DNA of 64,000 nt from Blepharisma stoltei ATCC 30299 (taxonomy: Eukaryota > Protista > Ciliophora), in contig CBFDEM010000056.1 in the NCBI GenBank assembly GCA_965603825.1, forward strand, positions 620,001 through 684,000, in the 5' to 3' direction. Positions 49,975-61,045 of the stretch are shown here, one piece after another (the stretch's first letter is position 1; every line of letters begins with the position of its first letter). The position numbers and the translations under genes were made by a program. The notes beneath the pieces are model-generated. The model was given only the letters and a program-made list of their open reading frames with translations, had not been told where the DNA came from and did not search any database.

Positions 49975-50209
49975 GCTCGCGTTATAATCTATTAATCACT
50001 TATTACTCATAATTGAATTATTTTCTTAGTATCAATAACTGATTGGGCCCATTATCTTTTCTCTCTTCTAAGTTCAATAATTCATTTTCAAAAGCTGCAG
50101 CGAGTAGGAAATCTTATTCAATCTTTTTATGTTGATAGTTAAACTTTTATTTATCCTAATTTCTGTTAATATTAGCTTAAAAGTCTATAGAAATTTATAA
50201 TCTATAAAT

Positions 50210-52077
50210 ATGGAGACAGTAAAAATTGTGTGGCACGATCCAGACATACACAACTCAGAGAATTCTTTTTATACAGAAATCCTTCCTTTTACCTATGATT
50301 TAAAAGCATTTTCTGAAGCAGAAGAAACCATCAGGTTCTTGCAGTCCGAAAATAATCCATGGATACTGGTGACTTCGGGCAGAAAAGGTGAGGAATTGGT
50401 TAGCCATGTCTGCGATAATCCAAATGTTATAGGGATCATCATTTTTTGTAAGAATAAGAAAAAACACCAAGAATGGACACATATGTACCCAAAAGTAGAA
50501 AAAATAGAAACACAAGGATTTGAAAACGTCCTCGACCATGCTTCCAAAATTTTTAGTACCCGTGTGATGAAATCTGCTTTTGATTTAAGCGAAAATTCTA
50601 CAGGAATAAAGATTTTGAATAATGCAGTCGATCCAAGTGGAACTTTAAACCAAAGTAGCAGTCCAGACTATTATCATCACATGCAAAGTGAGCTTGAAAT
50701 GAGCTTCTTAATGGTCATCAGACTAGCTTTAAAAATTAAAAAAGTAGATAGAGATAAGGTTTTAGCAGAATTTTTATCTTTAAATCCATCAAACGAAGTT
50801 AAAAATGCTTTTAAAGCAGGTAAAAAAGACTTAATAAAGTCAATTGTATACCTTTACTCAACAAACATGGTATTTTTTATGCTAAATCAATGCTATGCGA
50901 GAAATGAATACCATAAAGTTATGAATGTAACAGCTGCCTTAATGTTTGCGTTAAAAGCTAGAGCAGCTTCCTTTATGCTTAATGAAGAAACTGCACTTTA
51001 TAGAGGCGCAAATCTTACAGAAGTGCAAATAAATGACTATGAAATTGGCAAATCAGGATTCTGGAGTGCTTTTACTAGTACATCTAAAAATGAAGCTGTC
51101 TCAAGAAATGATGATTTCGGAGGAAATGTACAATTTGAAATTTACCTGTCAGGAATAAGACCTCATCCTCATATCGTTATTCCAGCAGGGTGATCAATGG
51201 TAACATCGGAAAATGAAGTCCTCTTGCTTCCTTATTTTCCGTTCAAAGTGGAAGCAATCCATAAAGATCTTACTGACAATTACAACACATATACAAAAAT
51301 AGTTGTCAGGCAAGATGAAAATCATCCTTCCCTTGCACTTGACAGCGAAGTTCTTTTAAATTACTGACTTGAAAAAATATAGATAATGTTTCAATTCCAT
51401 TCCACAATCTTTGTAAAAAAATTAAGAGAAAAATTTCCGAATCTATAAGCTTTTCAACCTATTTTTATAATAGAAATCCACAAACAGAAAGAACTCAATT
51501 TGAAACTGAGCTGGAGAGCACAATAACTTGGGTTTACGAGTGAGTATTGGAGAATTCATATGGTGCTTCTTTAAGCTCAAATGCATCGATAATAAACTAT
51601 TGGAAAACATTAAAGCAAGACATTATAATGGCCATGGCAAAACACATAAGGAAAAAAATTAATGAAATTTTTGGCCTGGACTTTAAAGATATGAAGCAAA
51701 ATCTCGTAAAAATAATGAATGATGAGATAAAAACAACATCTGAAATCCCTTTGGAGCAAAATATCGTAAAAATAATGAATCATGAGATAATAGCAACATT
51801 TGAAATCCCTTTGGATTTACTTTTAAACTGCATTAAGCCCATTTTTAAAGAAGCTGAGGAGCATCTTACACAGTCAGATTATCCAAATAGTAGCCGTGAG
51901 AATAATAAATATATTAACCATTTTAATAAAACTGTAGTAGCTGCTATGAGACTTGTAATGGCAGGAGAAAGGCTAGCTATTATTGATAGAACTACAAATG
52001 AACTTCAAATTAGGCTGAGAAAGCAGCTCAAATTATTGAAGATTAAGGTTTCGAAAGTTCTCGGTGAAATATTTTAG
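50210..52077 (+). CDS. Pseudo-receiver + ARTC ADP-ribosyltransferase, copy 2; -1 frameshift in A6 at 51372-51377 (TAG 51380) before the C-domain
   Basis: ALYRGA, FWSAFTSTS, W(TGA)SMVTSENEVLLLP; homology to copy 1 continues in the -1 frame to 52077. Confidence 0.8.
51695..51815 (+). repeat. In-frame 60-bp tandem duplication (QN.VKIMN.EI..T.EIPL x2)
   Basis: Two near-identical 60-nt units; single copy in paralog 1. Confidence 0.9.
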
Positions 52078-52191
52078 TGCTTATTTTGATTCGCTTAATA
52101 TAAATAAATTTGAATTGATATTTCAGAAGTTAAACATAATTTTATCTTTCAAATACTTGAACTGGAACAAATATTTCTAAACTATTAATAA

Positions 52192-53427
52192 TTATTGTGT
52201 TTTCCGATCCTCTTCTAAAATTACTTTTCTCGCTAAGTCAAACCTGAAGAGTTTATTTCTCTTTAAAATAAAATAAACTGAGTTTCCAAACTCAACTCCG
52301 TAGCTTAAAATTTTTAAATCCTGCCTATCACTTTTTCTAATTTGTGTCCAGTGATCCATATCTTCTTCAGGATTCTGTTCATAAAGAAATCCTGGTTTTT
52401 CATAGACATAAATTCTCCCATTTCCTTTGAATATAGTTTTTTTGCTTCTATCTTTAAGTGGAAGCACATTTTGATGGCAATTTTCAGATATATCATATTG
52501 ATAAACCCCTGGTATGCCTGCGCCGGAATAATAAATAAAATTGAAATAGCTAGCACAAGTAATATAAGCTGTTGGAATTTCTAAGGGTTTTAAACTCACT
52601 CATTCGTTTTTAATTAAATCATATTTTTGAACATTTTCCATATCATACCCATTATTACCTCCAAAAGCATACACAAATTTATCTAAATAAATTAATCCAG
52701 CAAATGTGCAGCTTATGCCTTGGACAAGATATTTAGCTTGATATAATTCATCAATAATAAAAGTTGTTCCGGAGTAGATGCCGTGATTTCTACTTCCATA
52801 GCAAAATATATTACCATTAGGAAGCAAGCACATAGAGGTATCCTTCGGAGGATTTTCTAAATTTTCTATTTTTATTTCTCTGAGAGAAAAATCCTCAAGA
52901 TTATAGGTAATTATTGTTGTTGATCTTGGCTTAAAGCAAGAAATTTTGCTCTTAATGGCTTCACTTGAGAATTCATTACAAGGAATGTCAATATTTACCT
53001 CTGTAGAAGCTGCTACTATTTCTTTTATATGCTCTTGTGTTGAATATCTTCGGATTTCATCTAAATTTACAGTGCTCCTTGCCACTGGATCGCTTAAAAT
53101 GAGGCTTTGTATAATTTCTTCAATCTTTCCTATTTCTTTGTTAATTTTTTCAACAGTTTGATTTAATTGAAAATTCAGATTCTTAATTTCGTTATAAATA
53201 TTTGTAGTAATTTTTGCTCTTTCTTGGGAAAGCTCTTCAATTTTTTGCGCGAGCTCAAAAATTATGACTTCTGATTCAGTATTTTTAAAAGCTTTAAGCT
53301 GATGAGCTGCAAATGAAACTATTTCTAGATGGTTTAGTACATGGTCTTTGCAGATCCCAAGTGCATAATTTTGACAACTGCAAACGAAATCAGAAGCTGA
53401 AAGGCATCCTTCAATATGGCACTTCAT
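52192..53427 (-). CDS. B-box-like zinc motif + coiled coil + kelch-repeat protein, 411 aa
   Basis: C..C..CSC..CKDH...H; LLPNGNIFCYG; FVYAFGG..KYDLIKNEW(TGA). Confidence 0.85.
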
Positions 53428-54947
53428 TTTTATTTTGAGTATTAGCTATATAACGAGTTTTAATTTTCAGGAATTTTAAATTATGCAGCTGCTGCTCTAT
53501 ATTTTGCTTAAAAATCTCTTTCTTTAGCTCATGCCATTATTAAATTCCTTATTAATTTTGGTTATCTTAAATTAGGGATGCTATAAATAATAAAATATTT
53601 ACTACCTGTCATGGACTATTTCCTTTGCTAAATCTCCTGAGCATCAAAATCAACTTGATAAAGCTCCTTTTTTTTAAAAAATAGATTGAATTTCTAAACT
53701 CAGCATTAGGGTTTAAAAATCGAATATCTACCTTATCGCTTCCATCTTATTTTCGTTCAAATACTATGTCTTCTGCATGATTTAGCTCATAGATAAATCC
53801 AGCTTATCATTTACAAAGATTCTCCAATTTCCTTTAAATACTCTTTTTTGTTTATAACTTATAACTTAACTTTTACCGCTTCGTAATGAAGCATTTCTCT
53901 CTTTTTATTCAAAAATTCTTCACCATCATTAACTTCTTTGCATCACCATCATCATCTTCAACTACAACAGTAGCATCGTCAAAAAACCACAGCATCAACA
54001 ACAACACAACAAAATAAAAAATTTCAGCATCAATAACAAGTATTACAAACTCCATCAAGCCTCATCTTCATCTTCAGATGCTCCATGCAAAATCCACAAA
54101 ACTCCATTTGCTAATGTAGCACCAGCTCGAACCTCCGAAGCCAGCCATCAACATACAGAACCAACATTTGTGAATTCTCTATGTACCCATGCATCTCTGC
54201 ATGAAATCAAGCATCACGATAATTCCCTCCGTCTTTGGCACTTTCGCGCCATTTTGTGCTAGATTAAAGAATTATTTAAATTTATAAATCAAAATATTTT
54301 TACCTTAAAATTTTGAAAATTCAACAAAAATATTTAAAAGCTAATCCGCTTTGGTTAGCGAGTTGAAAACTTTGCTTGCTATAGAGTAGAGAAGAAGTAT
54401 GATGACATTTTGATGGCGATCTTTAAATATATCATATTGATAAACCCTTTTTCAGAGCGTGCATAAATCTTTCTCCCCTTAAAGAGGCTAGCAAGCGAAA
54501 TAATTATATTCAGTTTTATTACTTAGCACGAATAATTAAAACTTTTCGATCTCAAAGTTTTGCCATTTTCAGCGAAATAGGTTTAAATCTTTATATCTTT
54601 CGACCCATTTTCACATTTATTAGGATGAGAGATATATCTTCATATTTTTTATCAAGGAAATATTACTTATTATCATTTTAAAGCAGAATAAATGCATCTA
54701 ATCTTCCCAAAAATCAAAATTTTCTGATTCAGATTAAATGCGTTAAGTCGCGTACCAGAATAGTCCTGAATCAGTTGTTGCAAATGGATGTTTATGAAAA
54801 AACTAATTATTATTCTTCCAATATTAAATGCAAAGTCTTCGCTGCATTCAAAGAGTGCAAACTTTTCTAATCAGATCTGATCGGTTAAAACCTTTATCAA
54901 TTGCAAAATAATTTGATAATAATAATTAATTCCTAGACTACTAAGTC

Positions 54948-56198
54948 ATGAACGGAATTCGCTTTCATATTGGATCAGAAAAGATTCAAATAGTTGAGTG
55001 TCCAAATACTTTTTCAGCCTTATGCTGCTTAGTAGAGCAGAATGTGCCTCACTATCAAATCTCCCAAATCACATATGAAGACACGGATGGCGATTTTATT
55101 GCTATCAAAAATGATGACGACCTTGTTGAAGCCATAAAAATAGGTAAAAAAATCAATGGAGTTTTACTTATCCATCTCAAAGGCACGATCTTGACTCAAA
55201 GCTTTATGACTCAGAGCACCAAAGGAAAAACACTTTCTGATGTTGAGATAATTGAAGAAGAGTGTCAAGACTCTCAAACATCCCAATCATCGTGTGAAAT
55301 AGATTTCCTATTCCCTTGCTATGCTTGTGATGGCAAATTTGAGAAATGCTCGCTATGCTCTGGAAGTGGATTGGTTGATGCAAGCCGAGACCCTAAGCTT
55401 AAACAAATATTGCAAAGCGAAATCGAAAATTATTTTCCAAGAGTTAAACAATCTGCAGAAAACAATAAATCAGAGATCGTTCAGGAGAGGGTAACGTGCG
55501 ATAGCTGTGGGGTCTCCCCAATTATTGGACATCGATATAAATGCTCGGTTTGCCAAAACTTCGATTTTTGTAGTAAATGTGAAGCAAGTGTAGATCACGA
55601 ACATTCGTTTATCAAAATCCGTGCCCAGTATCAGGCACCAAAATCTATTTTCTGCGCTATTGACGAGCAAGAGCCGAAGCCAAAGCCAAAAGCTGGACTA
55701 AAATGTTTCAAAAAGCAATGCACTCAAGATACCAGACTGCTTTGTTCCTTTGTAAAAAATATTTCTGGTTCTGACAGTGATGAAGTCATTGCAGGAACGA
55801 ACTATACCAAGACTTGGAGACTTCGTAACGACGGTAAAAACTCTTGGCCAGCCGGCTGTACACTTGTCTGCATTAAAGGTAACGCTATTGAAGGAGCTAC
55901 TCCTCTCCCACCTTTAAAGCCAAACGAAGAAGCAGACATTACAGTAACCTTCACTGCTCCTACAGAAGAAGGAAGATACACATCATTTTGGAGAGCTGCA
56001 GACCCTGCAGGCACCAAATTCGGCCAAAGAGTGTGGTCTACCATTCTAGTAATCAAGCCAAAAGACCAACTGGGTGAAAAAACCCAAGCCCTCATTGAAA
56101 TGTTCAACAACCCTGAACTTGTAAAACTTGCTTTACAAAAAGCTGGAGGCGATTTAATGAAAGCCACTGAGGCTTTATTGAACGGAAGTGTCCTCTAA
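54948..56198 (+). CDS. NBR1: NBR1/p62-type selective autophagy receptor (PB1-ZZ-FW-UBA-like)
   Basis: ITYEDTDGDFIAI..DDDL (PB1); CDSC..PIIGHRYKCSVC.NFDFC (ZZ); KTWRLRNDG..WP..FWR..FGQRVW (FW); UBA-like C-terminus. Confidence 0.9.
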   Translation: MNGIRFHIGSEKIQIVECPNTFSALCCLVEQNVPHYQISQITYEDTDGDFIAIKNDDDLVEAIKIGKKINGVLLIHLKGTILTQSFMTQSTKGKTLSDVEIIEEECQDSQTSQSSCEIDFLFPCYACDGKFEKCSLCSGSGLVDASRDPKLKQILQSEIENYFPRVKQSAENNKSEIVQERVTCDSCGVSPIIGHRYKCSVCQNFDFCSKCEASVDHEHSFIKIRAQYQAPKSIFCAIDEQEPKPKPKAGLKCFKKQCTQDTRLLCSFVKNISGSDSDEVIAGTNYTKTWRLRNDGKNSWPAGCTLVCIKGNAIEGATPLPPLKPNEEADITVTFTAPTEEGRYTSFWRAADPAGTKFGQRVWSTILVIKPKDQLGEKTQALIEMFNNPELVKLALQKAGGDLMKATEALLNGSVL

Positions 56199-56246
56199 TG
56201 AACTGACATAAATAATTCAGTTGTTTAACTAGTGTTTAAATATTAA

Positions 56247-57332
56247 ATGGAAGAGTTAAAAGAAATTATTATTCGAACTCTTGATGCCGCTGGAGTTCTT
56301 GATAAAATAAGAGCACAGCTCAGGCTAAATGTATTTAAAGCAGTCCAAAATGACGAAGGCAAAATTCATATTGATAAATCCAAAGCAATTGCGGCAACTC
56401 AAACCCCGGAAGGGAAATTAGCAGCGTATTTGTTTAGGGATTTTATGGAGTGCTATAAGATGAAGTTCACGCTTAATGTCTTTGTGCCAGAGTGCCATTT
56501 GCTACCAATTGAAGATATTCGTGGTTATCTTCAAAACGAGCTAAAAGTTACTCCTCCATCTGATGTCGCATTCTTGACTTTCATGATTCAAAATATGCTG
56601 CCTAAAGCGGAGTCTAAACCAGAGCCAAAACCTGAGCTAAAATCAAATCCTCAGCCAGTAAATCCTGAGCCTGCTGCTAAACAACAGCTGGGACCGATCG
56701 CAAAATCAAATTTAGCTCCTCTTTCAAAACAGCCTCTTCCCAACATCCCACCGTTAAACTCCCAAAAACTAGGAAAATTCATATCCCCTCCTCCAGAATC
56801 CTCAGAAAGTCCTAGATCTGATTCTCCTCCTCCTTCAAAGCCCGCTCCAAAATCCCAACTTCAAAACATCCCTCCACTCAAAAATCAAAAATCTCCCCCC
56901 TTCGCCGCTCCTGAAATAGCTTCAGATTCAGGCTCAGAACCCGAATTAAGACCTCCAGAAAAGAAAACCTCAAACATACCTCCTTTAGGTCAACAAAAAG
57001 CCAAATTTGTCCCGCCTGAAATTGATGCGGGCAGTCTGAGCGATTCTAGAGAAGAAGACTGGAAAAAGAAACCGAACAAATTTGATACGGTTGACGAAGA
57101 AAAAAAGCGACTGCAAGATATCGATAAAAGGATACAAGAAATAAACAAAGGGGACGACCTAAAAAAACTTATAGAAATCCAAGGAGAAAGCCCGCAGCTA
57201 AGCTATGAAGAAGACTACGAAGAAGAGGCAGGATCCCAAGACTACTACGAAGAAAGGTTTTCAGAAGACGAAAGCTTTAACTCCATAATATTAGACGACT
57301 ACGACATCAGAGAGCCTGCCCAGCTAGTTTAA
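56247..57332 (+). CDS. FOP/FGFR1OP (CEP43/TON1) family basal-body protein
   Basis: TL...GVL.KIRAQLR..VF and LisH-like TL.VF.PE, then a Pro-rich linker and acidic tail. Confidence 0.85.
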   Translation: MEELKEIIIRTLDAAGVLDKIRAQLRLNVFKAVQNDEGKIHIDKSKAIAATQTPEGKLAAYLFRDFMECYKMKFTLNVFVPECHLLPIEDIRGYLQNELKVTPPSDVAFLTFMIQNMLPKAESKPEPKPELKSNPQPVNPEPAAKQQLGPIAKSNLAPLSKQPLPNIPPLNSQKLGKFISPPPESSESPRSDSPPPSKPAPKSQLQNIPPLKNQKSPPFAAPEIASDSGSEPELRPPEKKTSNIPPLGQQKAKFVPPEIDAGSLSDSREEDWKKKPNKFDTVDEEKKRLQDIDKRIQEINKGDDLKKLIEIQGESPQLSYEEDYEEEAGSQDYYEERFSEDESFNSIILDDYDIREPAQLV

Positions 57333-57421
57333 ATTGCTTAATAATCCCCAGCTCTCCTGCTAACTTAAATTAGCATTAAAAGTACCGCTAAATTCTAACC
57401 CAGCCATTTAAGAATAAAGTG

Positions 57422-58792
57422 ATGGCATCTCCATTCTATCACAAAATTTTTGGAGATACCAATCGGTCCTCATCAGCCCCGCCTTTAGTCGATTCCAACA
57501 CACTTTTTGCGTTCCCCATGGACTCTGATTATGCATCACCTTTTTCTCGTAACTTCGGCAACGATCTTTACAAAGACCTCCCAGGGCATCACGAAAATAA
57601 GCAAGAAGCAGACACAAACGGCTCTGGGATCGAAGATGAGCCAGTCCACACATGCTCGACTACCGCACTTGTAGACAACGTGGTTAATAACTGTATCAGA
57701 GAAGATGAGAACTCGCCAGATGATACTTTTTATGGAGGATTCTCGATGATGGCCAATTTTAACGCTGCCAACTTTGTGCCGGAGTTTTATGGGTACTCGA
57801 TTTTCACGCCGCAAGATGTCTACACAAGAGCTGTGGAGATGGCGAAGGACCAGAGCGGCTGCAGGCTGCTTCAGAAAAAGTTGGAAGAGCTGAACCCTTT
57901 TACAATTCAAACAATATTTGAACAGCTGGCTGAGCACGTGAATGAGCTGATGGTCGATCCATTTGGAAACTATTTGATACAAAAGTTGATAGAGGTAAGC
58001 GAAGAGCCGATTATTTCCTCAATTATCATGTCAGTTTCTATTGAAATCACACAAATATCTTTAAACGCGCATGGAACCAGAGCTGTGCAGAAGCTCCTCG
58101 AAATCTGCTCACAGTATCCTAAATATATCTATATTTTGGTTAATGCTCTCAACAAAGACATCATAACGCTTATTAAGGATATCAACGGAAACCACGTCAT
58201 CCAAAAGTGCCTTAATGTGTTCGAAAAGAACTACAATAATTTCATATACGAAGCAGCTTGCAAAAACATGGTCGATATCGCAACGCATAGGCATGGCTGC
58301 TGCGTTTTACAAAGATGCATTGATGCGGCTTCTCCAGAGCAGCTGAGTATTTTGATCGATAACATAGTAGAGAACGCAGTTGCCTTGGTAAAAGACGCAT
58401 TTGGGAATTATGTAGTCCAATATATAATTGATCTGAACAGCTTAAGCGTCAACGCCCGCTTAGCTTTGATTTTTATGGAAAGTATGCAAGATTTATCTAC
58501 ACAAAAATTTTCATCTAATGTCATTGAAAAATGTCTCCAGCAAAATTCGAGCGAAATCCAGCAGGCCATGATACAAGAAATCGGAAAACCGAAAAACCTA
58601 GCAAAAATGCTGACTGATCAATATGCGAATTACGTCGTACAGAGAGCGCTAACTCTAGCTTCTCCAGCTATGCTTGTGAAGATGCTAAAGGAAATTAAAT
58701 CGATGATGGAAGACTTGAAGAAAAATCAGTTTGGGAAGAGAATACATGCCAAGCTACTGAGGAAGTATCCAGAACTGATGGAGAAAGGGTAA
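57422..58792 (+). CDS. Pumilio/PUF RNA-binding protein, Puf4-like
   Basis: Eight PUF repeats with triplets CRQ, NYQ, TRQ, NHQ, CCQ, NYQ, SNE, NYQ. Confidence 0.95.
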   Translation: MASPFYHKIFGDTNRSSSAPPLVDSNTLFAFPMDSDYASPFSRNFGNDLYKDLPGHHENKQEADTNGSGIEDEPVHTCSTTALVDNVVNNCIREDENSPDDTFYGGFSMMANFNAANFVPEFYGYSIFTPQDVYTRAVEMAKDQSGCRLLQKKLEELNPFTIQTIFEQLAEHVNELMVDPFGNYLIQKLIEVSEEPIISSIIMSVSIEITQISLNAHGTRAVQKLLEICSQYPKYIYILVNALNKDIITLIKDINGNHVIQKCLNVFEKNYNNFIYEAACKNMVDIATHRHGCCVLQRCIDAASPEQLSILIDNIVENAVALVKDAFGNYVVQYIIDLNSLSVNARLALIFMESMQDLSTQKFSSNVIEKCLQQNSSEIQQAMIQEIGKPKNLAKMLTDQYANYVVQRALTLASPAMLVKMLKEIKSMMEDLKKNQFGKRIHAKLLRKYPELMEKG

Positions 58793-58953
58793 AAACTATG
58801 TAGGTTTGGCAGGGTTTAGCAGTCGGCTGGATTTCTAAATTCACTGATAATTTAGATGAGTTAATAGAATTTATTAAATATGTTTTGAGTTGATATACGA
58901 AAATTTCACTTTATAGATTTTTGCTAAATAATATAGGAAATAAAACGAATAAG

Positions 58954-59223
58954 ATGGAGACAGAAAATAGAGGCGATTCTCAGGCAGATAAAGGAAATGA
59001 AGGCGATTCTCAGACAGACAAAGGAAATGAAGGCGATTCTCAACTAGATAAGCAACCCTTAAAAGATGAGTACTCTTCACATCTAAAAGTTTTAAGTGAT
59101 TTAAAATATTCAGATGTTAAAAAGAAAAAGTACCATATTAGCAATAGAGATGCTCAAGACTGCTGTGAAATCTTATGCTTATGTTGCTTATTTCCATGTC
59201 AGCTTTGCGATGGTAATTGCTAG
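58954..59223 (+). CDS. Small protein with a CYSTM-like Cys-rich tail, 89 aa
   Basis: Acidic repeats followed by DCCEILCLCCLFPCQLCDGNC. Confidence 0.65.
   Translation: METENRGDSQADKGNEGDSQTDKGNEGDSQLDKQPLKDEYSSHLKVLSDLKYSDVKKKKYHISNRDAQDCCEILCLCCLFPCQLCDGNC
58971..59051 (+). repeat. 30-bp coding tandem repeat, ~2.7 copies (GDSQ.DKGNE)
   Basis: aggcgattctca.....aaaggaaatga period-30 pattern. Confidence 0.9.
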
Positions 59224-59294
59224 ATTATTTACTAATAATGAGTAATTACTTTAGCTATATACGTTTTTACCCAAACTTAAAATTATCATCACTA

Positions 59295-60809
59295 TTATTG
59301 GCTGCAGCTACTCATTTTTACCTTCCTATCAACACTATCTCTATTTTTCCTTCTAAATATTCTAGACAAAACTGACTTGGAGCTTCTCTTTTTAGCGTCA
59401 TTAAGTTTTTTCTTTAGCTCATCCTTGTGAGTTTCTGCTTCTGCGTATTTCAGTTTTGCTTCAATAATTAGCTTTTCAGCATCACTGAGCTCTTGCCTTA
59501 GCATGTTATTATCTACCAGTTTACTTTCTTCAAACCTTGCCTTATACCAGCTCAAAGAGTCCTCCAAGCCTTTAATTTGTTCCTGCAGCGCTATTTTTTC
59601 TTGTGTCAAAATTGCAATATTCGCTTCTTTTTCAACAAAATTGAAGCAGAAATTTTCTCTTGGAGTCAATGTTTTTTCTCCAAGCTCGCTGAATTCACTC
59701 TGCAATGACTCAAAAGTGTCTTCAAGTGTGTTGCAGGGTTCTTCCAAGTCCTCAATCTTCTGCTCAAGCTCTTGCTTTTCCTTTTTCAGTGTGAAAATCC
59801 TTGACGCCATTTCTTCTTTGATTGAAGAAATTGATAGAGAAGCTTCTCTTTCAAGTTCTTCGTGTTTTGTGTGTTCTTCTTTAAGCTGAGATTCCAATGC
59901 GTTTATCAAAGATTGTAACTCTTTATTTTCGGTTTCAAGCTTCAAAATTGAGGATTGGGAAATTGCCTGCTTGGATTTGCTGTCATCAATTTTGGCTTCA
60001 ATTTCATGGCGCAATGATGAAATTGTGATTTCTTGCTTGTTTATTAAGTTTTGGAGCTGGAAGTTTTTAATTTCAAGCTCTTTCAAACTTTGGTGTTTTT
60101 CATGGGTTGAATCTTCTATATGTCCTTCAATTTGTTTTTGCAGGCTCGATATAATTTTTTCTTTCTGCGAGATAGTTCTATTCAGGCTCTCTATTTCGTT
60201 TTCTTGAGTTATAACTCGCTCTTCTAGATTCTGTGCCCTATCTTGGATTTCATCATTTTCATTGAATACTTCATCAAGTTTTGTATTAAGAGAGCTTATT
60301 GTTTTTTCAGCCTTAGAAAGTTTCTGCTGGAGATATTCAATTTTCTCTCGCATCTCAGAGATCTCGCTATAATAGCTTTCTTCTTTCTGCTCTTTTATCT
60401 GATAATTCTCGTCTAAAAGTCTTTTAATGATCATCGCTTTTTCGCTCAACTCTTCGTTTAACGTTTCTATCTCAATCTCCATTGACTGAAACGCTTCTAG
60501 TTGGTTCGGATAAACGTTAACTGCCATGTTTGAAAAATTATTTTCATTATTGTAACTTATATTTGGACTCATTGCAAAAGGTGAATTGAAATCTTGGGAA
60601 ACTAATGCTTGGAAAGAAGTGACGGTGGAAGATGCAATTGAAAGGGATGGCTCTTTAGTGAAGTAGTCTCCAATACTATTTGACTGAGAATCGTCGGATA
60701 GCTCGTCTTCAATTTCCAATATTCGGGCTCGTGGGTCAGCATACAATTTTTTTCGGGTCGTTGAGTCAATAGAGCTGGCTGGCATGCTACTCAGATTACT
60801 GCTCGCCAT
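59295..60809 (-). CDS. Coiled-coil protein
   Basis: Uninterrupted 504-aa ORF, heptad and E/K-rich. Confidence 0.75.
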   Translation of the reverse strand: MASSNLSSMPASSIDSTTRKKLYADPRARILEIEDELSDDSQSNSIGDYFTKEPSLSIASSTVTSFQALVSQDFNSPFAMSPNISYNNENNFSNMAVNVYPNQLEAFQSMEIEIETLNEELSEKAMIIKRLLDENYQIKEQKEESYYSEISEMREKIEYLQQKLSKAEKTISSLNTKLDEVFNENDEIQDRAQNLEERVITQENEIESLNRTISQKEKIISSLQKQIEGHIEDSTHEKHQSLKELEIKNFQLQNLINKQEITISSLRHEIEAKIDDSKSKQAISQSSILKLETENKELQSLINALESQLKEEHTKHEELEREASLSISSIKEEMASRIFTLKKEKQELEQKIEDLEEPCNTLEDTFESLQSEFSELGEKTLTPRENFCFNFVEKEANIAILTQEKIALQEQIKGLEDSLSWYKARFEESKLVDNNMLRQELSDAEKLIIEAKLKYAEAETHKDELKKKLNDAKKRSSKSVLSRIFRRKNRDSVDRKVKMSSCSQ

Positions 60810-61045
60810 AATAGGTAATTTATCTATTATTTCACTTCTATTAATATACTTTTACTTTTTAGGCAACAATTTATGGGCTGTGCAATAACCATTCATAAGC
60901 TAGATTTTTTCATTATGAAAATTTATTGTTTGAGTATCAAGATAAAGCATCAAAAATATTATATTAAATGATAAACTAAAAAAAATCTAAGTGAATAAAC
61001 TTAAAGAATTAGAAGTCAAATAGATAGGAATAATTTGTGAGATAA

